Shown here piece by piece: positions 17,285-27,102 of a stretch of DNA of 64,000 nt; position 1 is the first letter of the stretch; every line of letters starts with the position of its first letter. The stretch is taken from sequence record NZ_CP092205.1; one strand, written 5' to 3'. The position numbers and the translations under genes were made by a program. This DNA comes from a plasmid. The notes under the pieces are model-generated. The model was not told the DNA's origin, made no database searches, and saw only the letters and a list, made by a program, of their open reading frames with translations.

Positions 17285-18688
17285 ATGTACACTGCGTGTT
17301 TCTTGGGGGCTTTTGTTATGATTTTAATTTATGATATTTTGATATTAGTCCTTACTTTTATCTTTTGCAACTGTCTAAATTCCCCTCTTTCGCACATTCA
17401 AGATGCACAAAATGAAAAGGTTACATTGGCCCTTGTTTCTCAAATTAGGTCCCAATCGGCTACAATCACATGGGAATGTTCCAGTTCCCTTCCCGGTTCT
17501 ATTTTGTATGGAAAGACCGGAATTGAATCCGTTGTTACTAGTTTACAAAATTCTAAAATTCATTCTATGGCACTTCCAAATTTGGAGCCAAATACAGAAT
17601 ATTTCGCTTTTGTTTTTTGTTCTAACAATACGAAAAATCTGCGTGGAATTCCCCTGTCCTTTAAAACTTGGATCAGCGATTTTCCCAATCGAACTCGCGG
17701 GCTTTGGGTTGTGGGTGGAATCGGCGCGGACGCTTCTCCCGTTTCTGAAATTGATTTTTTTGATCCAGTTACTTCCACTTGGTATCCCGCGGCGACTTCG
17801 ATTCCCACGCCTCGCGCTTTTGCAAACATAGTCTCTCACAAAAATAAAATCTATGTTATCGGCGGAATGGAAAAACAAGGAATCAATTACGTTGCCTCTA
17901 AAAAAACCGAAGTCTATGATCCTTACATCAATCAATGGACAACTCTTGCAGATATACCCGTCGCCAACCAAGGAGGAGTCATCGCTTCAGTGGGAGAAGA
18001 AATTTTTATCATCGCGGGAACGACAACTACAGACATGACAACCGGTACGATTTTAAATACGGTTTCTCGTTTTGCTCCTGGAATCGGACAAAACGGCCTT
18101 TGGCAAAGTTATCTTTCTTTAACTGCTATTTTTTCAAGAGTAGACATGTCCGGTTGTGGTCTGAATGGAAATATCTTTTTTACCGGGGGAAGATTTACAA
18201 ACGACGGAACTTCTCAAGCCACATCCGATTCTTATTCCCCTTCAATCAATTCTACTTCCGCCGCTGGGGAACCTTCCATTACAATCGCAAGACATGGCGC
18301 AGGTTCCACTTGTGTAAAACCTTTGAATCATGATCCCTACCCTACCGATCCCGAATGGGTTGCGGTCATCGGAGGATCCACTGGAACAAGTACACTCCAA
18401 CCGATCACATCCATTACTACAACGAACAGAACCGATTTTTTTCAAAACGGAACTCTTGTGTTTACAATTGGTCCGATCCTTCCCGTTTCCGTATATCATC
18501 CGGGAGTCCAAGCTTCGTATGAAACGCGGAAACTGTTCGTTTTTGGGGGAGCGACCGCTCTCAATATCCCGACCGATTCCGTTTATTCCATCGGTCTTCA
18601 AAATCCGATCGCAAGCATTTGGACTCTTGATCCTCAAAAGATGCCGAGGGCTCGTTACGGTCACAAGGCAATTCGAATCGACAGGTAA
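17285..18688 (+). CDS. Kelch-repeat protein with an N-terminal FN3-like domain (probable lipoprotein)
   Basis: '…LILVLTFIFCNC' is a signal/lipobox-like segment. An FN3-like segment ('ATITWECSS…NTEYFAFVFCSNN') precedes Kelch blades ('IYVIGG…VYDPYINQWT'). Confidence 0.55.
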   Translation: MYTACFLGAFVMILIYDILILVLTFIFCNCLNSPLSHIQDAQNEKVTLALVSQIRSQSATITWECSSSLPGSILYGKTGIESVVTSLQNSKIHSMALPNLEPNTEYFAFVFCSNNTKNLRGIPLSFKTWISDFPNRTRGLWVVGGIGADASPVSEIDFFDPVTSTWYPAATSIPTPRAFANIVSHKNKIYVIGGMEKQGINYVASKKTEVYDPYINQWTTLADIPVANQGGVIASVGEEIFIIAGTTTTDMTTGTILNTVSRFAPGIGQNGLWQSYLSLTAIFSRVDMSGCGLNGNIFFTGGRFTNDGTSQATSDSYSPSINSTSAAGEPSITIARHGAGSTCVKPLNHDPYPTDPEWVAVIGGSTGTSTLQPITSITTTNRTDFFQNGTLVFTIGPILPVSVYHPGVQASYETRKLFVFGGATALNIPTDSVYSIGLQNPIASIWTLDPQKMPRARYGHKAIRIDR

Positions 18689-18694
18689 ATTCAT

Positions 18695-19297
18695 ATGATT
18701 TTTTTACAAAAGTTATCCCTTTCCCTACTTTTATTCATTCTTTCTTTTGGCTTACTTTCAGAAGAGAACGTTATAGCTGGAACTCATGAAGACGGCGAAA
18801 GATTCCTCGAAGAAAGTCAATATACCAAAGCCGAGAATCTTGCAATCTCACTTCTCACAAATAATCCTTCGGACCCTAAAGCGGAGTTTATTTTGACAAG
18901 AGCCTGGATTGGAATTGCCAGAGAAGAAAGGAAACGCGGGAATTACGACCGAGCGAAACAGTTTTTTCAAAAAGCGTATCTAAAATGGCCTCTAAACCAG
19001 GAATTGAAAGCAGAAATGGAAAATTTGCGAAAAATGCCGAATCAAACTCGTTTTGGGCAGACTTCTTTCGGAAAATCTTTAGGCCCTCCTAATACCGTGA
19101 TTCTATTAGATTCTGAAATCTATCGGTCGGTACAAAATATTAGGGAAGAACTCAATTCGATTCTTTCGCAAATAAAGACAAATAACGTAGAAAATGATTC
19201 TTCAAAAGACCGAATCTATCAATTTGCATTCATGTTTATCGGGGGCATTTCTCTTTTAAATCTAATCATGAATTTTTTGATTTGGAGAAAGAAATGA
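18695..19297 (+). CDS. TPR-like exported protein with a C-terminal TM helix
   Basis: Signal peptide 'LSLSLLLFILSFGLLS'. TPR-like helical repeats ('AEFILTRAWIGIAREERKRGNYDRAKQFFQKAY'). Hydrophobic C-terminus 'FMFIGGISLLNLIMNFLIW'. Confidence 0.35.
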   Translation: MIFLQKLSLSLLLFILSFGLLSEENVIAGTHEDGERFLEESQYTKAENLAISLLTNNPSDPKAEFILTRAWIGIAREERKRGNYDRAKQFFQKAYLKWPLNQELKAEMENLRKMPNQTRFGQTSFGKSLGPPNTVILLDSEIYRSVQNIREELNSILSQIKTNNVENDSSKDRIYQFAFMFIGGISLLNLIMNFLIWRKK

Positions 19298-19698
19298 ATT
19301 GGAGAAATTTTCAAAAAAATTAAGCCAGGAGGTCGAATTTTACTTTGTTCTGTTTCAAAAAAGTTTTTTTGTAGATGAAGTCATATCCGAAGGGATTTTA
19401 CGACTTGGAACCGGCTTTGGAGCAAAATTGAGGTCTCTGTCGCAATACGGGCTATTTTCCGTTACAGGAACAATTTTCAGGAATACACCCGCATAGCGCT
19501 AAACTATATATCCGACGGGCCGTTTTTTTAGTCGGATAAAATCCAACTCTACTGTATTCGAAACCGAAACCATTGGCATCCCCTTCCCTATATTTCCTTA
19601 TCCTATCCGAAAATATTCGTAAACATTGTTATTCTCATTTACTTATTAGACTTCTTGTTCGAGGAGGCATCAACTTCGAACAAAAGACAAAGAATAGG

Positions 19699-20826
19699 TC
19701 AAGCCGCCGAGTGAAAATGTATTCGATTCTCCATAAACACGGGCGCTATCACTGATTTTGTTTTATGGTAAAAGTATTCTCTTATATGGTTTTTAAGTTT
19801 TTCGGGAATCGGATCAAAAAATGTTATCTTCTCAAAATTATAATGGATTCTTACGTTTCTAAGTATTTCCAAATCCGGGCGATTTAGTTTTAAGGAAGAG
19901 TAGTCCAAGAATCCCCGAATTGACTCGTCTCTAAATCTAATATTGTGAAAATACTCATATTGAATTTCTGGATTAAATTTTGGTTTTGTGCCGACCGTAT
20001 TTTTAACGATTTCTCCTTCTAACTGCGTTTGCTCACAAACTAATTCAACGTTTGTCTGATTTGTTTCGGAACTTGAATTCTCCGATTTTTCTTCTTTAAA
20101 TTTGATTTTCTGGATTTGAACAATAAGTGGCAATTTTAATTGCTCTTGGAAATACTTTGAAATCACGAGTAAAAGTGAATCGGATACTTCATCCAATAAG
20201 TTCAAAGTTTTGCCGTCTGATTTTACTTTTAACTTGTGCAAAACTCCCCTACTACTTTTAGAAAGAACCTCGTCTGCATAGTTTAAGAACTTTCCCCATT
20301 CAATTCCAGTTTCATCAAAAATAGCAGGTACATAAGTTGGTACAGAAGTCTCTAGGGAAGTACGACTAGGAGGCGGATTATTGTACGGGTCTGCCCCGTA
20401 CCTTTGTCTTTGGGTTAAGTGACCGTCTGCGCTAGGCTTTTGATCGAGACTAGGATTTTTGTACGCTTCTTTTCTTGATTTCGCAAGTTCTATATTCCGT
20501 GTTCTCTCTTCAATAATTGCGAAATACAATTCATCTGATATACGTAAAGTTCGATAGCTTCCATGAAAAGAAGTTTGGTGAACGAGCTTTTCTTTTCGAA
20601 ACTCTCGAATATATTTGGATACGGTCGTTTCAGCCAGATCTACATACATACCTAGTTTTTTATTTTTCGTTATACAGCCGCCGTACTGACTTCTTCCATT
20701 TATATCCAATTCTGCAATCTTCGAAAGAAGATCCTTTTTACTTCTTGCCATTTTCAATACATCAATAGGCCCAGGGCGGTATTTGCCCTGAGTCGGTCTT
20801 TGATATGTTTCCATATTCACGCTCAA
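19699..20826 (-). CDS. putative plasmid/phage replication initiator (Rep-like winged-helix protein)
   Basis: 375 aa. The N-terminal wHTH-like region ('KKDLLSKIAELDINGRSQYGGCITKNKKLGMYVDLAETTVSKYIREF') sits next to the parAB pair, as in lcp-type Leptospira replicons. No enzymatic motifs. Confidence 0.4.
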   Translation of the reverse strand: MSVNMETYQRPTQGKYRPGPIDVLKMARSKKDLLSKIAELDINGRSQYGGCITKNKKLGMYVDLAETTVSKYIREFRKEKLVHQTSFHGSYRTLRISDELYFAIIEERTRNIELAKSRKEAYKNPSLDQKPSADGHLTQRQRYGADPYNNPPPSRTSLETSVPTYVPAIFDETGIEWGKFLNYADEVLSKSSRGVLHKLKVKSDGKTLNLLDEVSDSLLLVISKYFQEQLKLPLIVQIQKIKFKEEKSENSSSETNQTNVELVCEQTQLEGEIVKNTVGTKPKFNPEIQYEYFHNIRFRDESIRGFLDYSSLKLNRPDLEILRNVRIHYNFEKITFFDPIPEKLKNHIREYFYHKTKSVIAPVFMENRIHFHSAA

Positions 20827-21078
20827 TTTTACCTATGCGGACATAATTCGGGCGCAGCATGGTAAAAGTTTAAATTACCCTACTCTATTCAGAAACGGGG
20901 AGCATAGTTAGGCGTAGAGCCTTTTGGATGGTCCTCGATTCGTTTTCAGACGGCAAAATGTGAGATCAGCCGCGCTTTAGTTATGTCTCCTAAAGCTATT
21001 TCAAATTCGGACTAGAATATGGTACTAAACGATAGTCAAGTAAAATTATGTCACTTTAAGTAAAAAAAGGTAGGAATG

Positions 21079-21106
21079 CCTGCGAAGTATCTCACCACTT
21101 CGCAGG
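21079..21106 (-). terminator. candidate rho-independent terminator for the parAB operon (minus strand)
   Basis: 10-bp perfect stem CCTGCGAAGT/ACTTCGCAGG with an 8-nt loop. On the minus strand it is followed, after 9 nt, by a T7 run. Confidence 0.3.
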
Positions 21107-21233
21107 CTCTTTCTGAAAACGAATCTCGTAAGGAGATTACGTACGACTATAAACCATGTACTTTTTTTTGGTACTCTTTTTTGGAAAAATATTAAAAATA
21201 ATTTTAACTGGAGGATGATCTGAAATGTTGCGA

Positions 21234-21263
21234 TTCAAATGGGAATATGCGTTCCCATTTGAA
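21234..21263. promoter_or_regulatory. palindrome TTCAAATGGGAA-N6-TTCCCATTTGAA (copy 1); candidate centromere (parS-like) or operator site
   Basis: Perfect 12-bp inverted arms overlapping the parB-like stop codon. An identical-arm copy lies at 22720-22749, on the other side of parAB. Confidence 0.5.
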
Positions 21264-21902
21264 TTACAGAAAAAGTTTTAAATCATTTTGAAGATTAGAA
21301 ATGATTTTAGTATGTTTATTATTTTCTTTTTCAATTTCCTCTTCAATAAATCTTCTAATGTAGTCTGCAACAGGCTTCTTCAGGCCTTTTTTTCCTTTGC
21401 TTTTCTTTTTGAATAAATGATATAGCTTCTTTGCTTTCGTATAATTATATTCAAGTGGATTTACTTCTTTTTCAAGTCGCTTTTCTACATCTGGGTCCGG
21501 TAATCCTTTTGTGGCTATCCTGATATCATTAATCGCTTCCTGAATAGTCTTAGCATCTTTGCTGATAAATTGCTGAAATTGATAAATTCTTAAATAATTA
21601 CTTGCGGCACGTCTATCGAAACCTAAGTAGGCCTTATTTTTTTCGATATAATCAATGAAACCTCCGTGACCAATGGAAATTTTAGTGTTATATAATTGTT
21701 CGCCAAATTCAATTGATGCGGAAATGGTCCTTCTGTGAGCGTTAAGCAATGATTTAAAAAAATCTCTAAGTTTTTCAAGCTGCGGGTCAATTGACTTAAC
21801 ATCATTATTTGTTAAAGGGTTCGTTAACTGTTCTACATCCTTATTCTTTTTTAAGGATGCTTTAACTAGTTCTCTTCTGCTTAGTTTATTTTTTTCTGCC
21901 AT
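21264..21902 (-). CDS. partition adaptor / centromere-binding protein (ParB-functional analogue, not a classical ParB fold)
   Basis: 212 aa, K/E-rich, translationally coupled to parA (overlap with the parA stop at 21886-21902). This is the position of the second gene of type-I par operons. Confidence 0.4.
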   Translation of the reverse strand: MAEKNKLSRRELVKASLKKNKDVEQLTNPLTNNDVKSIDPQLEKLRDFFKSLLNAHRRTISASIEFGEQLYNTKISIGHGGFIDYIEKNKAYLGFDRRAASNYLRIYQFQQFISKDAKTIQEAINDIRIATKGLPDPDVEKRLEKEVNPLEYNYTKAKKLYHLFKKKSKGKKGLKKPVADYIRRFIEEEIEKENNKHTKIISNLQNDLKLFL

Positions 21903-22641
21903 TGGAAACCTCGTTAGCTAAAATTAAAAAACGATTAAATGCAGAGTGTTTTTTCGGGTTTAAAAATTCACCTAAATTTGACGCTGTATGGACGGTGTTG
22001 TCATTAATATTCGCAAATTTACTAACGTTTAATCCGTTATATTCGCAAACTTCAATTAGCTCCTCTATTTTATTTTTAGGGATTCTTGAGGGAACCACGG
22101 TGAAGTTGATTTTTTTCTTTAAAGCTGCTTCTGTTTCTTTGAAAATTTTTAGCATGTCATCTGTGCCGTCAAAACTCCATGCTCCATATTCGATGGGAGA
22201 AATTACGTGATCTGCGCTATGAAGGGCAGCTAATAGAACTACGTTTACGACGTTATGGAGATCTAATAGGATAAAATCGTAGTCTAATTTCCTTAGCAAT
22301 TTTTCAAATCTGAATTTAAGTCTTGGGTCGTCATAAAATTCTAAATCAACTTTTTTAAGTCTTTCGACGGCAGGAATAAAGTCGATTCCATGTCCAGTTT
22401 TGAAAATGTAATTTTCGTAACTTTCAGCATCCATAAGCATATTGAAGGAGTTTTTGTAAATGGCCTCCCGCTCGTCTATTTTGAAATGAGAGAACATGAA
22501 TTTGCTGAGACTTCGATTGAAATCAAAGTCAATGGCCAGAACTTTGTTTCCTAGATGAGATAGGGTTTGCCCTAAGTATATAGTATTTGTGGTTTTGCCC
22601 ACACCACCTTTCCCCGAACAAATTGGTATAATTTTCATCAA
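21886..22641 (-). CDS. parA: ParA/Soj-family partition ATPase
   Basis: Deviant Walker A 'ICSGKGGVGKTT'. 251 aa with the typical ParA layout. Confidence 0.85.
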   Translation of the reverse strand: MMKIIPICSGKGGVGKTTNTIYLGQTLSHLGNKVLAIDFDFNRSLSKFMFSHFKIDEREAIYKNSFNMLMDAESYENYIFKTGHGIDFIPAVERLKKVDLEFYDDPRLKFRFEKLLRKLDYDFILLDLHNVVNVVLLAALHSADHVISPIEYGAWSFDGTDDMLKIFKETEAALKKKINFTVVPSRIPKNKIEELIEVCEYNGLNVSKFANINDNTVHTASNLGEFLNPKKHSAFNRFLILANEVSNGRKK

Positions 22642-22719
22642 TTAGAAAGAGTAAAAAACGAAGAAATTTGAGAAAGCGCAAAAATAAAAAACTGGAAAAT
22701 TTTAGGAATATTTTTCCAT

Positions 22720-22749
22720 TTCAAATGGGAATGCGCATTCCCATTTGAA
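22720..22749. promoter_or_regulatory. palindrome TTCAAATGGGAA-N6-TTCCCATTTGAA (copy 2), upstream of parA
   Basis: Same 12-bp arms as 21234-21263 with spacer TGCGCA. It lies 78 bp upstream of the parA start on the minus strand, so it is a likely operator or parS. Confidence 0.5.
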
Positions 22750-22992
22750 TATGATGAAAGATTAAGTTTTCAATAGGTGGCTAAATCTAAATATTTAAGC
22801 TTTTGAACAGTTAATAAAATAACTAAAATTAAACAAAAAAACTATAAGCTAAATATATTTCAATTGAATCAAAATATTACGGAACTGGTTTTGAACTGAT
22901 ATTTAAGAAGGCGTTATAAAGTATTTCCTTTCAAAAAGGATGCTTAGCAGGAGCCAAGGGATCGAAAAGGTACTAACTGAATATTTTTTAAG

Positions 22993-23011
22993 GGACATAA
23001 TACTAAGAGCC
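22993..23011 (+). repeat. solo IS5-type terminal-IR-like remnant
   Basis: GAGCCGGTCTCAAAATCTA matches the IS5-element IR GAACCGGTCTCAAAACTAC at 17 of 19 positions. It is preceded by the same 8 nt (AATACTAA) that flank the RHS insertion. No transposase follows. Confidence 0.4.
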
Positions 23012-23284
23012 GGTCTCAAAATCTAAAAATGGTACACTCATACAAAGAAAAATCCTTTAAAAAAAACGTTTGGATTTACCGGTAAAGGGTAGCTTTTGCG
23101 GGGACTCCCACTTGAATTCCGGCAGATCGTTATTTAAGAGAGGGCCGTAGCCCGGAAAGGAAATGGAAGCTACACTGATTGTTTTTTGCGGGATTTTCTT
23201 GGTTGGCGGGGTAGGGTGTTCATCCTTCCAAAAAACGAACCGATCAGAATATCCTGAAAAGCTTAAATAACGTGAGTTCGGCGG

Positions 23285-23575
23285 TTGAGAATGAGAAAGA
23301 ATTTTCTAAATTCTAAAGGAGAGAAATTCCTAACAATTTTAGAATTTGTTCGCAAAATCGTGACTTACGGTAGTTCCCGCATTTTAAGAATAGATTTACA
23401 AAGTCCAAGTTCGGCTTTTTTCAGAAAAATGAATCAAATATTCTTACATCGAACTCACGTTAACCGGGATATTTTGAATCGCATAACGAAAGTCTTTTTC
23501 CGGGTGTTGAAAAATCGATGCTTTTGTGATATTTTATTTGACGTGCATCACAAAAGAAAACAAAATCGTCATTGA
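23285..23575 (+). CDS. hypothetical small basic protein (weak call)
   Basis: ORF only. Arg/Lys-rich, no motif. Confidence 0.2.
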   Translation: MRMRKNFLNSKGEKFLTILEFVRKIVTYGSSRILRIDLQSPSSAFFRKMNQIFLHRTHVNRDILNRITKVFFRVLKNRCFCDILFDVHHKRKQNRH

Positions 23576-23615
23576 TTGAGTATTTTCTTTTAAAATTCAA
23601 TAAAGGAATCAACTC

Positions 23616-23888
23616 TTGGAAAATTTGCTTTCTCCGAATTCTTCTCTTTCCGTTTCGAGTGCAATCTCCCTGCCGGATTCTTCCCCTATTGAAAAACTCC
23701 TCACTGAGTATCGTTTCCTGAAAAGTCCACCGGAATCCTCTACGTATAAGAGTTCTCGGATTACGGGACTTACGGTTGAAATAGGGGAGGTGGCAATCTT
23801 TAGGGATAGAGGATTTCTTTTCTACTTCACGGATTCAATGGAGCGGTTCCGTGAGATATTGGCGGCTCTCTCGGTGCCTGGGATTTGA
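23616..23888 (+). CDS. hypothetical protein
   Basis: 90-aa ORF on the same strand as the downstream replication-type gene. No motif. Confidence 0.3.
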   Translation: MENLLSPNSSLSVSSAISLPDSSPIEKLLTEYRFLKSPPESSTYKSSRITGLTVEIGEVAIFRDRGFLFYFTDSMERFREILAALSVPGI

Positions 23889-23970
23889 GAACAGATTTGG
23901 GAATCCAAGCTCCGTTTTCGTGTTTTGAAGTGGTATCCGATTTATTTCGAAACGAGAAGAGCGCAAGTGT

Positions 23971-25371
23971 ATGATTCTCTTTTCAAAAAAACAAAGGATA
24001 TTTCATACTAAAGAAATCAAACAGGACTTTACAATTTCTTCGAATATATGGATTCGAGATCATCGCCTAAGCTGGAAGGCCCGTGGCCTTTTAATCTTTA
24101 TTTTACAACTTCCTCCCGACTGGTCTGTAAATAGCGAGGAGTTGCAAACTCATGCTTCGGACAAAAGAGAAAGTACGATCGCCGGACTCCGGGAGCTTGA
24201 GCATTTTGGTTACGCTGAGCTAAGCCGTGAAAGGGATCCACAAACCGGAAGAATCACACAAGCCTGGTATTTTTTTGAGACTTCCAAGAAACCGTACGTT
24301 TTGACGGCTAAGGAAAGTAACAAAAAGGTTAAATCGAAGGCCGACTTAGGGCCTGGATTATTTGACATACCGGAAGAGCCGGAACCGAAATCACCAGGAA
24401 CGGTTTTTCCAGTCCCGGTGGATCCGGCACCGGTTTTCCCAGAAGTGGAAAGCCCGGCTTCGGTAAAACAGCCCTTACTAAGTACTAAAAACAAAGTACT
24501 AATGGACCAAATCCTAAAAAACCAAAACTCAAATACTTCTAGAGAGAAGGACTTGGCAGAACGTCTTCATAAAAACGTAAACAGTCCAAATGAAAAACAC
24601 ACACCCTGGAACTTCCCGGCTCTTTGGCTTGAATCCTTCCAAAGGGTGTACAGCCAGGAACATGGAATGTCTATGGGGGAGCCGATTTCCGAACTCAAGA
24701 GTTTGCAATGGATATACAAGACTACAAACGGAGATTGGAGCCAGGTTCATTTCAAAATTCAAATCCTAATACAACTTAGAAGCGAAGACGGGAATTTTTG
24801 GGCAAAGCAGGCAGTGAGTCCGGAAACACTTTCTAAATTTTGGACGCGGTTATTTCCTCAGGATCAAAGAAGACAAGCTTCAAAAGAAAGATATCCAAAA
24901 AGAAAAAATGAAACTGCGCCAAATAAAAAAGACATCCCGCTACGAAGGCCTTCCGAGTGTTTTATCGATCCGGATAAACCGGAGCCTAAAACTAGGCATG
25001 AATGTTTTTTGCAGTGGGCAGAGAGAAATCTTTATAATTCATTGATCAACTTCTACAAACAAAATAGGGACCCAGCGACGTATGTGGACGGAAAGAAGAT
25101 TATCTATGAAAAATACTTTAGGGAATGCGCTCCACCCAAGTTTCGAAATTCAGAATTCGAAATAAGGAAAGAATTAACTCGGGGAGCTGCAAAAGAGGAT
25201 GAATCGGATTGTTTAGAAAAATCTGGAACCGGAATCGAAAGTAAAACGACACGTGTCGTTTTACCCTTACTTGCTCCACTTTCAAATGAGGAATTTTCAA
25301 AATCGGATGAGAGGGGGCCAGGAGGCGGCCATGAATACCCGACGGGCGCCAGATTGGCTTTGGTGAAGTAA
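23971..25371 (+). CDS. phage/plasmid replication-associated winged-helix DNA-binding protein (replisome-organizer/RepA_N-like N-terminus)
   Basis: 'LSWKARGLLIFILQLPPDWSVNSEELQTHASDKRESTIAGLRELEHFGYAE' fits the wHTH seen in phage replication-organizer N-domains. The C-terminal ~300 aa are low-complexity with no enzymatic motifs. Confidence 0.4.
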   Translation: MILFSKKQRIFHTKEIKQDFTISSNIWIRDHRLSWKARGLLIFILQLPPDWSVNSEELQTHASDKRESTIAGLRELEHFGYAELSRERDPQTGRITQAWYFFETSKKPYVLTAKESNKKVKSKADLGPGLFDIPEEPEPKSPGTVFPVPVDPAPVFPEVESPASVKQPLLSTKNKVLMDQILKNQNSNTSREKDLAERLHKNVNSPNEKHTPWNFPALWLESFQRVYSQEHGMSMGEPISELKSLQWIYKTTNGDWSQVHFKIQILIQLRSEDGNFWAKQAVSPETLSKFWTRLFPQDQRRQASKERYPKRKNETAPNKKDIPLRRPSECFIDPDKPEPKTRHECFLQWAERNLYNSLINFYKQNRDPATYVDGKKIIYEKYFRECAPPKFRNSEFEIRKELTRGAAKEDESDCLEKSGTGIESKTTRVVLPLLAPLSNEEFSKSDERGPGGGHEYPTGARLALVK

Positions 25372-25634
25372 TGAACCGGATTTTAAAGGAAGAGTTTCAT
25401 ATTTACCAACACTTGCCGCCAACTACCAATACTCCCCGGCTATGGGGGGCGATAGGGCAGTGTTTTGAAGGACCAGAAGGAATGGAGAAAGCGATCTCGA
25501 CGGCTACTGAACTTCAAGGAATCGCACCCGAAGGAGTTGAGTATTCGGTCCAGCGATACGAATACGGAATCCACCGGAAAAATCGACCGAGTAAAACAAA
25601 AATCTGGCGAAACGGAATTTTAATCGATGCGTAA
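25371..25634 (+). CDS. hypothetical protein
   Basis: 87-aa ORF translationally coupled (ATGA overlap) to the upstream gene. Confidence 0.3.
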   Translation: MNRILKEEFHIYQHLPPTTNTPRLWGAIGQCFEGPEGMEKAISTATELQGIAPEGVEYSVQRYEYGIHRKNRPSKTKIWRNGILIDA

Positions 25635-25818
25635 GAAAATATTTTTCCAAAATGAGAGAAGAATTTCGTATAATCTTTCTGGATCTTGGGCCCATGGGTT
25701 AAAATCTATCGAAACCGGATTGATCCATTTGATTTGGGGGCCTACAATTTTGGATTTCAAATCTTTTTAGTTCTCTCATAAACCCTGAAACGCCGATTTC
25801 ACAGTAGGCAACAAAGAT

Positions 25819-26079
25819 TCACGGGATTACGGATGAAAGAGTGCAAACGCTCCAAAGCTTTCGGATATCAAAGACAGGATTAAGGATTTTATTTCCGATC
25901 TTCCCCTTTGTGGTTACAATATCATCAAATTTCATATTTCCTTGATGAAGAACGATTTTGCTCGAATCGGAGACTTGTGCTTCCTTTGCTTGTAATTGAT
26001 CCTTAAGGGAGTCTTCTCCGATAAAGTAGTGTAATTTACATTCTGATTTGCCAAAGAAGGTCCAGTCAGGATGGAACAA
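25819..26079 (-). CDS. hypothetical small protein (weak), divergent from the MTase gene
   Basis: 86-aa ORF. No motif. It could be a controller-type partner or spurious. Confidence 0.15.
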   Translation of the reverse strand: MFHPDWTFFGKSECKLHYFIGEDSLKDQLQAKEAQVSDSSKIVLHQGNMKFDDIVTTKGKIGNKILNPVFDIRKLWSVCTLSSVIP

Positions 26080-27102
26080 AATTTAAGAAACCAAATTTTC
26101 ATTGGAGATGCTTTAGAACATCTTCGCACATTCCCATCGAATTATTTTCATGTCGTCGTTTGCTCGCCTCCTTACTTTCGCTTACGTGACTATGGCCATC
26201 CGGGACAGATCGGACTGGAAGATGCTCCCGGAGAATATCTGAATCGACTGGTCGAAGTCTTTCGAGAAATCAGACGAGTTTTGCATCCGGAAGGTACGGC
26301 CTGGGTAAACCTTGGGGATTCTTATAATTCTGGAAGCAAGAAGGAAAATGGACCGAATCAAATAAGTTCTTCTATCACCCAGAGTAAAAAAGGTTCGATG
26401 AACCAGTCGTCATTTAATTTGGCGACAAGGGTTGCGGGACTTAAGAAAAAAGATTTGATAGGGATACCTTGGCGAGTCGCATTTGCCTTACAAGAAGACG
26501 GTTGGTATCTCAGGCAGGATATTATTTGGAATAAACCAAATCCAATGCCTTCACCTGTGAAAGACAGATGTACAACAGCACATGAATATATCTTTCTTCT
26601 GACTAAAGAATCCAGTTATTATTTCGATGCGGATGCAATTTCAGAACCGGCAGTAAGTTTGATACCGGGTCACAAAAGTTTTCGCTCCAATGCTTTAGAA
26701 ATTGCAAATCAAGGTAGAACTGTGTTTCACAGCAAAAGGGGGACGTCCGCTCGCGTTTATCGGGAGCGCCGAAATAAAAGATCGGTTTGGACTGTTACAA
26801 CAGCCCCATCCAAAACTTCACATACCGCGACTTTTCCTAGGGAATTAATCTCAAGTTGTATCAAAGCTGGAACGAGTAGAATCGGTGTTTGCAAAATTTG
26901 TGGGAGCCAATACAAAGAAAAGTCTGTCTCATCTTGTGAACATCCATACGACCCCGTACCGCCGCGTGTTTGTGATCCATTTTTTGGATCGGGAACTACG
27001 GGAATCGTGGCTTTGGATTTAGGTTGCGAATTTACAGGGATAGAAATCGTCCCAAAATTTGCGGATGAGGCGGAAAAAAGAATCGGTCCGAGGCTTTTCT
27101 AA
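26071..27102 (+). CDS. orphan DNA methyltransferase, beta-class N4-cytosine/N6-adenine family (SPPY motif IV then FGSGTT motif I)
   Basis: 'VVCSPPYF' (motif IV) near the N-terminus and 'CDPFFGSGTTGIVA' (motif I) near the C-terminus give beta-class order. A zinc-ribbon-like 'CKICGS…CEHPYDP' lies between. No adjacent restriction endonuclease. Confidence 0.85.
   Translation: MEQNLRNQIFIGDALEHLRTFPSNYFHVVVCSPPYFRLRDYGHPGQIGLEDAPGEYLNRLVEVFREIRRVLHPEGTAWVNLGDSYNSGSKKENGPNQISSSITQSKKGSMNQSSFNLATRVAGLKKKDLIGIPWRVAFALQEDGWYLRQDIIWNKPNPMPSPVKDRCTTAHEYIFLLTKESSYYFDADAISEPAVSLIPGHKSFRSNALEIANQGRTVFHSKRGTSARVYRERRNKRSVWTVTTAPSKTSHTATFPRELISSCIKAGTSRIGVCKICGSQYKEKSVSSCEHPYDPVPPRVCDPFFGSGTTGIVALDLGCEFTGIEIVPKFADEAEKRIGPRLF

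Noticed and set aside
17403-18698. Overlapping alternative-frame ORFs across the Kelch/FN3 gene (17403-17831, 17543-17971, 17560-17829, 17853-18038, 17935-18333, 18242-18694, 18330-18698)
   Set aside because: All lie within the 467-aa Kelch ORF, which has repeated, recognisable blades. The alternatives are low-complexity and lack motifs.
24210-25300. Minus-strand ORFs (24210-24494, 24529-24762, 25118-25300) inside the replication-protein gene
   Set aside because: They are antisense to a long plus-strand ORF with a recognisable wHTH, and no ribosome-binding or motif support was seen.
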